DNA of 64,000 nt from NCBI GenBank assembly GCA_965153285.1, contig OZ229114.1. One strand, written 5' to 3'. Made by a program: the position numbers and the translations under genes. Below, piece after piece: positions 53,851 through 64,000 of this stretch (position 1 is its first letter; each line of letters opens with the position of its first letter). A model generated the notes under the pieces. That model did not search any database, was not told the origin of the DNA, and was given only the letters and a program-made list of their open reading frames with translations. The DNA is from Podarcis tiliguerta. Its lineage: Eukaryota.

Positions 53851-55799
53851 TATAATTAAGTAGGATCTTGATGCATTAGACAAATTATTTTTCTAGTCAG
53901 GAGCAGCAGAGGTTATTTTGATTGATTTTATGTTGCTTTAATGGTTTTGTTTACATTGTTATGGCTTATCTATGTATTTTTATCTGTTTGTCATCAGTTC
54001 TGCCTTTCACTCTTTTTTTACATCAATTCTACTATCATTTGGAAGTGGGATACTACAAAAGGGAGAATGAATTTGGTCGCTTGGAAAAGAGACAGCAACT
54101 CTTAAAAGAAAGAACCCCTTGCCCCAAGCAAAAAACACAATACTTACAGAATCCAAGTACTCTCCGACATTCAATAAACAATGTCTATTATCATGGATTG
54201 AAAATGGAAATGTGTTTACTGGTTTCTAAAAATAGAAACAAGAAAAATATAATTGTTACGCCTGTGCAGTATTGCTGTAGCTTTCATATTCAACAGAACC
54301 CAAGATTACATTCATGTAAACATGCCTATATGTTATGTGTTTCTTTGTAGGTAGTCTGTTAGAAAAGAATACAGATTGATTACATTATACACTAAATTTA
54401 TAAGAGAATTTAATCTCTCCTAGTCATCTACACACTTATATAAGTACCCAAACTTTTGAATTAGATCAGTTTTATTTATAGAGGCACAAATTTTTAGACA
54501 AATACCAAGATTTCTTTTAGTGCTGAGTCTACAGCTAATAAAAGCTGGACTTCAAAAGGAAACTCGTAATTGAATCAACTTGAGATTTATGAGCTCAGTG
54601 CCACCCACTGAGAAGATGCTATATATTATATGCTATATATTATATCAAATTACCGACTATATATTGAAAATGGCTAAGTCTCAAATATAGCAAGCACAAG
54701 TACACATGTTAAATTTTATTACAGTTAGTTTCCAAGTTCTGGCATCTCATATTAAGCGACAGCCAGGAAAGCTAGTCTCTAAAGATTTTCTGTGATCTAG
54801 TGAAGTGAAAGCCAACTGCCTCCTGCAGATTCAACAAAATGCAAATAAAGAACAAAACAGTTTTAAGAGTCTTAATTCAGAACTATAGAGTTAGAGGGAA
54901 CCAAATAGCCAAGTAGTACAGCACCCTGCTACAAAATCCTTAATTTGGGGGATCAAAAGAACAAATGAGACAATTTATCCAGCTCACAGCCCCTCCCATA
55001 ATTTATCCCGAGATGAAAGACCACAGCTAGTTTGCACTTTTATATTTCAAAATAACTTTTAAAATTGCTGTTTCTAGCTGTTTGCTATTTCTTGCTAGCA
55101 GGACCCCCCAAAAGTAAGTTTTGTAAAAAATAAAAAATAAAAATCATTTCAATGTATTTCCAAAACCCACTTATTCCCATTCCATTTCTTTCCCACTGAG
55201 ATTGGCTGGACTGTGAGCTTGCTGTTGTAGTATATATGTGTCTTGTAGTATGTGTATGTAGTCCTTTCCCTTGCAAAATGTACACTTCCATCACACAGAC
55301 ATTGGTACAGAGTTGGTGCATTGATGCCTGTGTGGAATCACTGATAGTGCTGGGTGAGACTTGGTTTTTCCTAGGAGGTTGCCTGTGTGCTCCCCATGTT
55401 CTATGGTCCTGTTCTATAGAACTGACTGCTATGATTAGGTTACAATTCTCTCCTTCCCTCTGTGGTCCTGGATTTTTACCTAGCAAAAGGGATGTAGTAA
55501 ATTAACCTAGTGCCATCAGTGTTTGGAAAGCTACAGGATTCAAACTGTAGTCTGCAGGAAATATTGTAGCATGAGAAAACAATTATTGCTCTTCTATCCA
55601 TTGCAATCCATGGACTTTCAGCATAGACATGGGAGCAAGGCAGCAAGCAAGTAAGATGACTGACAACTAGATTACTGACCAGCAGGGAAGTTCTCCAGTG
55701 CTACTGGAAAGATTAATACATAAGAGAGCCAAGTGTTGAACAGCAGCATGCCTAGATGATTGATAAGGAACTAACCCTTACAGTTGTTCAACAAACAGC

Positions 55800-58700
55800 T
55801 TACAGGCAGCAACTGAGGGTTTTTGTTGTAAGCAGCATTCGAAACTCCCATTGTTCTAGGCGCATTTTGCAACTGGGAATTGAATTAGCGTGAGCAATTT
55901 CTGAGCTCTGGGTGGAGTACTGCACCTAAGATTTCAGATTACAGCTGTCACTGCTGGCGCTGGGGGCGTTGGAGAAGAAATTCCTGCTGGCTCGACTTCC
56001 AAGATCACTGCAGCGTCAGGCAAGCTGATAGGTTCTGCCTCTCAGCTGGCCTTACAGAAAGGCAGCATTTTGTGGGACCTTCATAAGAATATTAAGGGGG
56101 CGTGCAAGGGAAGCATGACGATGTTTTTTGCTGTGTTCAGATGAGGACTAGACCATGTGAAAAATGAACGTAAGATTTTTGGCTGCAGTTCATTCACTTT
56201 CAGCTTTGTATTCTTGTTATAAAAAAGTGCACCTAGACATTCCGTTGTGGCGTCCACAACCTAGGTTTAAGGTGCCATTTAGCTCCTCGTTTCTAACACT
56301 GGTAGTAAGCCTGGCGTACTAAGGAGGTCTTGATTCCAAGCATATCTTAACAATGACTTCCTGCACTGTTTAGCTTGAGCTTTCACCTTTATTCATTCCC
56401 ATTTCTGTTCTTGAGATCCCAGAGAAGACTGTGAAGGGTCCAGAGCCAGGTGGTAAACTTAATTGGGATGCATCAGGTCCCCTGATTCTGCAGGTTTCCT
56501 GAACAAGTGTTTTCCTTCAGTGAAGTGTTGGGGTTTCCTACAGGAGGCCCTGACCCCTCTGGTATGTGCTGCATCTGATGAGGTTTCACTTGATTGTGGC
56601 ATTGGAGGTACGCTGATCTTGACATATGGAAGCTGAACTGGGCATTGCATTGTCAGCTCTTCCTGGATGATTTGTGTATGGGATTTTGTTTTTACTGTGA
56701 AGGTGTGTGGACCATCACCATGCAATAACTTGTGCCTTCTGCGCCCATCTAATGTGGCTATGGTTGGTGCACAATAGTAGCATTTCTGGGGGGGCCTATG
56801 GCAATTTCTGAGGGGCCCTGTGGCAATGGCTTCTGGTGCTGCCATGTTATCTCTTGCTTATTCAGATATTATTTTGCTTTTTACTTTACTGCTGGGAGGG
56901 CAACAAAACTGCAAAGGCAACATGTTGGCTTTGCTGTAGGGTCAGTCTACTAATAACAATTCTTAAAATTTTCTAAGAAGTCAATAGCATTCCAACATTA
57001 TATTTTGATTGTTTCAACTGCAAAAATGTTTGCTTATAATTGCAAATATGGCACACACGAAAAATTTATTTATCTGAATATTGCTGGCTTCACCTATTTC
57101 AGCCTGCCAGATTGACAGAATTCCAGAAATAAAGAGTTTCTGTTCTCTAACATGCATTGGAAAGCAAAGATCAGATAACACATTTAACTGAGAAAGCTTT
57201 CTTTCAGGCCCCACCTAACACTTCTCAGCATATTCTCTGTTTTAGACCATGAGTCTGGTTTTACAATTTTCAAAGAAGGATCTAGGTAAACCCAAAAAAA
57301 ATAACAAGATCTGCTCTGCCAGCCTAGATATCTAACCTAATACCACTGTAATCAGAATTAACCAGAATTAACTGATAGAAGATGTCAAAAATTTCAGAGA
57401 TCCTTTTTGTTTTTTAGTTCCATCAAGTGCAGTTATATCTAAGAACATTTCTAGGCCCTCTAATACATAACTAAAGGACTTACCGGTATTTAAAATGTAC
57501 TATGGGAAATACCAGGATTCAAAGAGCTACTTTAGGCATCCCCAAGGACTTGGGTACACCCTGGGGAATTTTTGACTTTTGTTTTTTCTTTGAACAGATC
57601 CCCATGTCAGATCACAAACGGCTTTTGAAAGTCCCCTCAGTTTTAAAAGCTGCTTGCTATGCAGGCTGTTTTATTTTCTTTTTTGGGAAATACAAGTATA
57701 AATGCCCCTTGAGTACATGGAACTAGGTCCACCTTTGGACCCCAGTTTATGTATGTAGTAAGTGAGTTCACTCAGTCTTAATGATTAAATAATTCAGCTA
57801 TACTTGAAACCATTTGCAAGACTGCAACAAAAGTAAGAACAATGTGATACAACTAAGGAAATGCTGTAGTGCTCCCTCTAAGCAAGTTAATTAATCTCAC
57901 AGCTAGAGTGGTGCCTCACAGGGAGAGATTAGACAGTCAGCTGTTGCCCACAGTTAGCTTCCAGTTTCTTTTAAACTGGAGAAAAGCCTTCTCCAGCAGT
58001 TATTCAAAAATTGTTCAAGTAAAGTCAAGTCTCTCACACTGTGTTTTTGTGACATCATATACCACCTAATGGCAATCTGCTCATTCTGACATGTCTATTC
58101 TATTTTAGTTCATCATAAAAGGATCATACATACTTCTCAGAATATTACTAAACAGTGGAAAAAACAAACAAACAACAGAAAGAAATAGATGTCACACTAA
58201 TTAAAGCCAGATCAGAACATAATAGACCAATGGCTTAATAGCCTCTTTTAATCAGTGGCCAAAATGACAGATGGTTTAGAAATATAAATCCCCCTCCACC
58301 CTCAGACACAGATCTTTAGCCTTTTGCTCTATTCCTGTTTCTAAAACATGGTTGCTGTTACCGTGAGCTCAGCAAACACCAGACTAAGGAAGAATCCAAT
58401 TAAACTTAACATGTAGTAGGTTGGAAACAAAAAAACAAAAACAAAAAACAGCTTTTATTCTCAAAGAGAACTATCCTGTGAAAGGTTGCATTACTTGGGT
58501 TTGATGTTCAGCAAGAGCATATTCCATTCAAGTTTTACTTCAGCTGAACAAATTCCCTTCAAGTTGCTAATTTTTCCCTTTTGAAGGATACCACTGTTGA
58601 TTACAAAGTCTGCAGCTGCTTGAACTGTAGGAAATAAAACCAAAAGCTCTGGGATGTGCCCTCATAGCTTCACTAAATCACTCTACTGGGAAGGAAACAG

Positions 58701-61700
58701 TGATATTTAACCCCATCCTTAAAATACGTTTGAAAAACACAGAAGGCATGCCTCCTAAATTAATATTACATATAGAAATAATGAGACTCATTTCTTATGT
58801 ATGTCCTTGTGCATTCAGAAAAGAGTTAGCCAGCTTAATAAAACAGAATGGTACAGCCATGTATTCTTATGCTTAAAAACTTGGACTGCTGAAAGTTAGT
58901 TGTGAAATCCATCAATTTCCCTTCCTCTACATTATACAATCTACAACAAGAATGAACAGAGGGAAATTGGTCACATAACTGAAGAACCATCTTTTCCCAC
59001 ATGAACCCATGTGGTTCTGCTTTGGGTCCTGAGCAGAGGGATTGCTAGTCATGAGCACACCCTACTCTAGCTCCTCTTGGCTTAGCCTAGTTGGCCGGGG
59101 CATAGAATGGTTGTGAGGGAAGTTGTAAACATGGTAGCCATTGTAGCTGTAGCGCCCAAACAGCCTTCCAGAGTCTTCAGACCCATGAGGAGAGAAGCCC
59201 CTTTGCTCTTTCAGGCTTTGGTGATGGTATTGGAAAGCTCTCTGTACTCTCTATCAAGGGACTCTGCCTCATACTCCTTGGCTTTCCCCTCAATCTCACT
59301 GAATTCTGAATTTCTTCAGATTCAAACCCTTCTGCAAAATCTTGATATACCTAATGTTCTCAGAGGTGGGTATCTGTATCCATAATCCAAACTGTCTTAA
59401 ATACACCAATCTCTCTCTCTCTCTCTCTCTCTGCATCTCAAACATGGTAGGTAGTGACGGAAGACAGGCATCTTTGTTTTCTTTTAAGCCCCAGGTGAAA
59501 ACCCAGGACTTGCTGGGGACTTCTAAGCCTCTTCGCCTGAATACTTTCCAGGAAGAAATGCTCTATTGAATTGAATATATATTGCAATAAATGGGACTTA
59601 CTTCAGAGTAGATGTGTCTAAGATTGTGTTATATGTTTATGCTGGTATTTTATTTTTCTCTGCCTCAACTTCTAATCTGTAGATGTTTTATTGCATGTTA
59701 TTCTATTGCTTTCATTGTTTTATTCTGTAAGGCACTGTGAGAGTTTAAGCAGAAGATCAGCTAATAAATAGTATACATGCATGCATACATACATACATTC
59801 AGAATGCAAGGCAATCTGTGCAGCTCATATTTAAGGAAGCCCATATTTATGTGCTTTTTCCTTCATCAAATGACATTATTTCCTGGTCCATTTGTTTGCA
59901 ATTATAGGTGGTTGCTTTTTTAAAAAAGTAAATTAATAATATTTGAAAAATAGTTTATCCTGTCTGCCATCTGTGTCTTGCAATTTGCTGCAATTATTCA
60001 AATAATTTGCAAATGTTTTTAATTATATGCAGTTAAATAAGAAAGATACCCTTTAACTGTCTAATTCTTAATATTTGTTCGGTAATCTGAACAATTTTTA
60101 TATCCATGTAAAGCATTCAAAATGGATATACTGGAAAGCAATCATAGGTCAAGAGGTTCATTGGTTTCTGTACAGTATGACTGTTATTGTGTGTTTTTTA
60201 ATTATTTCAGATCTACAAACAAAGTTGTTTTATCAATAGTGCTTTCTCTCTATTTTTCTTTTCTGTTCTGTTCTGTTGGAAGAAGTGATACATCTCTCCA
60301 TTTAGTTTTTATGAAATCATTAACAACAACAACAAAATGAGGATGACATGGGGACGACAGGTGTACAGCACCACAAAAAGGCACCTGCATCCAGCATTGA
60401 ATGCACCTTATAATATACACCCTGAGAGGAGAACATGCATTGAGATAGATAGCTTATGTTAGCTCTACTAACAGCATCAGAGTTGCCTCTCTCTGGAGGT
60501 CTATATGGAGCAGTGGATTTGACTGTCTATCTGCATGTTTAATCTGTGCCTCTACCTACTTTTAACCTCTATATTTGTACATGAACTCAAATATTACAAA
60601 ACTCCATAAGCTTCCAGTGATCTCCTTTCAAAGGAAACAGAACCCACATAAGCATTGTGCCCTAGAACTTCCACTGCTCAGGAAAGTTGAGGTGGACATA
60701 GCATCATGGTCATGAAAATCATATCAGTGATTGCCCAGTTCAGATGCTATTTTTATCCACATGAACCTGTGCCTGAGAAAATACAGACCAGTTTCCATGA
60801 CAAAAAATATTGCCTGCACCATCTCTAAAATATTCAGATATTTAACAAGAGGTTTTAATTTATAGATTATTTTATTAATATATATTTTTTCTTTAGATCC
60901 AGACTGTCATGCCAGTAAGATACATTAGAAGCTAGATTCTGATGGGCTTATATAATGTACTGAATAAGCTACTTAGAGCAGGGATGGAAGACCTGTGGCC
61001 CTCCAGATGTTTTGGGACTACAACTCCCATCATCCCTGACCACTGGTCCTGCTGGCTAGGGATGATGGGAGTTGTAGTCCCAAAACATCTGGAGGGCCAA
61101 GTTTGCCTATGCCTGCTCTAGCTGTTGTTAGACTCCCAACTCCCATCAGCCCCAAGCAGTTGGCCAAAGGTCAGGGATGTTGAAAAATTTAGTCCAACAA
61201 TATCTGGAGGGCCACAGGTTCCTCATCCTTAAGTCTTAAGGACATAAAGAACAAAATTAAGATGGCCCTATATGAAATAAAAGTCATTTTATTACATTTT
61301 ACTATCAACATGTATAATACTATAGCATATAAACTGGACAAAACTACATTCGTGCAGTCAAAAGTGAAATTGTAAGTTAAAACTTCTGTAATACTTTACA
61401 GTGTACAATTAATAACATTCAACATATGCCCAGAATATTACAAGATTAATAATATGGGTAGAAAGTTACGTTTACAGTTTTTAAAACTGAAGTTAATTTA
61501 GTTTTTTTACCTAATAAATAATCAGTCTAGCAAGTAGTCACAAACATTCATACATCAAATTGACACTCATGAATGCAAGAATGTTTACTGACCTTCTCCC
61601 GAACTTTGTACATCTGTGGCAATCTATTGTTGATTTGATTAGTAGCTTCTAAATTTAGTATCTGTTTTTGCATAGAGGCTGTAAGAGATTCAGGAAATAT

Positions 61701-63790
61701 TTGCAGCTTTCCAGACTGTGCAAACTGTGAAACATAAAAAAGAAACAAAAATATAAAGAAAACATAACAAAATATAAAAAGTAGAAGCAAGTTTGTATTA
61801 TTTGTATTGCAGCAACACCTAGAGGCTCCATTAAGAAGCAAGAATCCCACTCTACTTTCACTTAACAAACCAAATATCAAATGCAAAATAAAATATAATT
61901 CCTGTTTTCAAAGCTTGGGTAGGTAATTTAAATATATGGCTGAAAGCAGTAGAACGCACATAAATTTCATAATAAATGGCAAGCCTATTCAATTGGCAGG
62001 GCTGCAATTCTGGTCCACTCTAGTGGAAGAGTGACCTTAAGTAGGAACAGGGTTTTCAATGTTATTGCAGTGTTCACATGTTTCAGGAGAGATCCAGACA
62101 GTGATGTCATAAACCTGCTCTGCATATTATTAACCGCTTCAGGATGAACTGAAGAATCGATACTAGAGCTATGAACACTTCCTTGTACTGTCACTTCAGT
62201 TTAGAACTTCAAAATATTTTCCCAAAGGGTAGCCATGTTAATAACTTGCAGCAACAACAAAAATCAAAGACTCTTATGGCACCTTAAAAACTAACGAATT
62301 TATTATGGCAGAAGTTGTCATGGACTATAGCACACTTCAGAGGCTGTTATGCTTCTGCCCATTATATGACTGCCAGCAGTGACAAAGGTAATGAGGTGTT
62401 TTCTCAGCAAATGGGGGGGGGGGGAGAGCCGCATACTAACTGGGCAATAAAATTTTGGAGAAGACAAATATTTAGACAAGTAAACCTGGGTGTCAGCGCG
62501 GGAAGAGAAATAATGGAAATGCACCCAAAAAGGGGGGGGGGATTGCTTTGTGTGTGTTGTTGTTATTAGGGGAAAGGGTGCACCTTTGATAAGATTATTG
62601 TAGAAAATACAGCTGTAGAAACCAGTCTAAGAAATTCTTGACTTTCATGATGACAACAAATCCAAAGCAACTGTCAACACTTGATTTCTTACAGGATTTG
62701 TCCACACTTCCATTTATCCTGTATTGGTATTACCTGTCCCTTATTTAAAGGAATGGTTCCTTATATTGGTGAAGCCAAGGCTGGACTTTGGGGCCCCAAA
62801 GTCTAGGGCCCCACAGTCCAGGAGGCTCTGAATGACAATCCAGAGAATGGCAGAATGATGAGGATAATGGCAAACAGGTCCCACATCAACCCCTGGATGA
62901 GCATGTGGGTATCAGGGCACAGCAAAGCCAATACTGTACCCATAGCTGCAGGTGGCACCCTATCCAGTCAGAGGTAGCCAGTTATATACATGGTTACATA
63001 TTCTCATTTCATTTCATTACTTTTACTTTAACATTATAGTATCCCTTTCTGCAACAAAAGGATGCTTGTTTCCAAGAAAGTGTGTTTAGCATCAGAGCAA
63101 ATTGAATTTATATACTGCCCTATACCCAGAAGTCTCAGGGCTGTTCAAAGAACTGTCAGCCAAGCTGGTGCTGGAATTTTAAGCGAGTTCAAAATGCAAA
63201 ACTGCACAAGTTCATAGTATCATTGGGGGTTTTTTTAGATCAGGGTCTGCACATGAATTTTCCTCTAACTTAACAGGAATGTAGAAGTCCGTGGATTGGC
63301 GTATTTGTTTGAAAATAAATGTTGTGTGCTTAAATTTCACACCTTTAAGTAATACACATGGCCATATAAAACCACTACACACACCCTGCCAGGCCCCAAA
63401 GACCGTTATAGGTGAAGGTCTAAGTACTTAGCTGCACTACTCCATCCTTGTTTCGTAGTGGAATTTAGCACTAAGACGAAATAAGCAACAGGCTGCAACC
63501 TGAGACGTTGGGCTATGCCTTTCTCTCCCTTCCCTTCACACACAAACACCCGCCGCCGACCGGTGAAGAGAAAGGAGGCAACCAACGTCGGCAGAGCTTC
63601 TCAGAGGCTCCTTCTCTAAGGGCTTCGCCTTACCCAGGCGCCATCCCGCGCGGTGCTGGGGTTGGCCCGCCTCCCCTTGGGCATGGCCTCCCCACGACCC
63701 AGCGCGCCCCGAGTCCTACTGTAGTCTGGCGGGGTTCAGCTCCGCAAGGGAGCCGGAAGGGAGAGGCGGCTGAGGCGGGCGGCTGAGGCG
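55800..63790 (-). pseudogene. Intron-containing pseudogene of an unidentified coiled-coil protein
   Basis: AG/GT-bounded candidate exons: ~63790-63634; 62718-62693 (MEVWTNP); 61724-61593 (open, FAQSGKLQ...MYKVREK); 60130-60050 (YIHFECF/MDIKIVQITEQILRIRQLK); 58624-58495 (FKQLQTL*STVVSFKREKLAT*REFVQLK*../EYALAEHQTQ); 58065-57920 (VVYDVTKTQCERLDFT*TIFE*LLEKAFLQFKRNW); possibly 57214-57095; and a large broken terminal exon from 56908. Confidence 0.6.
60979..61230. mobile_element. Nested palindromic hAT-type MITEs (ggactacaactcccatc family)
   Basis: Near-perfect hairpin ggccctccagatgttttgggactacaactcccatcatccct...agggatgatgggagttgtagtcccaaaacatctggagggcc plus a second, older arm. Relative at ~28458-28570. 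Confidence 0.8.
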
Positions 63791-63960
63791 GCTCTCGTTG
63801 CCATGGTCACTACTGTCTAGCTCACGTCTTCTGCGCCGGGACTCCCTTCATCACCCACCGACCCTACACGCGGCCGGGTAGAGAAGCGCCCTCCGTAGCT
63901 CACCCAGCAATGAATGAAAAAGGCGGAGAAAACCCTTATGGTTTCAAAAAAGGCCAGCGC
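63505..63960. promoter_or_regulatory. CpG-island promoter with RFX X-box
   Basis: The only clearly CpG-dense non-repeat region in the window. GTTGCCATGGTCAC at 63797-63810, ACTACA-like motif near 63720, minus-strand donor GG|GTAAGG at 63634/63633. Confidence 0.75.
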
Positions 63961-64000
63961 CTCTTCTGTTAGTTTCTCAACTTTTAAGAGGCAGCACTGA

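Noticed and set aside
58495-58624. Stop-free alternative frame QAAADFVINSG…NIKP suggesting an intact gene
   Set aside because: It needs a frameshift in the previous exon and hits a stop in the next. The phase-0 frame with stops is more coiled-coil-like and more consistent with the junctions. Not fully excluded.
59107-59385. Possible extra exon of the minus-strand gene
   Set aside because: Weak acceptor, in-frame stop and no clear donor; may be repeat-derived.

Overview
Vertebrate nuclear DNA from a squamate, very probably a lacertid lizard, judged from its repeats: Sauria SINEs, BovB, CR1, L2, RTE, Tc1/mariner and hAT MITEs, and Gypsy-like solo LTRs. I find no intact protein-coding gene; most listed ORFs look like chance or repeat-derived frames. 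Manual exon reconstruction gives two adjacent, convergent, intron-containing decayed genes. (i) On the + strand, ~37.2-52.5 kb, a TATA/CCAAT/AP-1-driven locus has broken exons that line up in order with the secreted/lumenal kinase PKDCC (VLK) but have a different exon layout, suggesting a dead divergent paralogue. (ii) On the - strand, ~55.8-63.8 kb, a coiled-coil gene I cannot name starts at a CpG island with an RFX X-box and carries many stops and frameshifts. The left part holds three related Ngaro/DIRS-like tyrosine-recombinase retroelement remnants; one keeps the recombinase C-terminus followed by a splice acceptor and an SGNH-hydrolase ORF. All protein and repeat similarities were judged by eye from remembered family sequences and need database confirmation.
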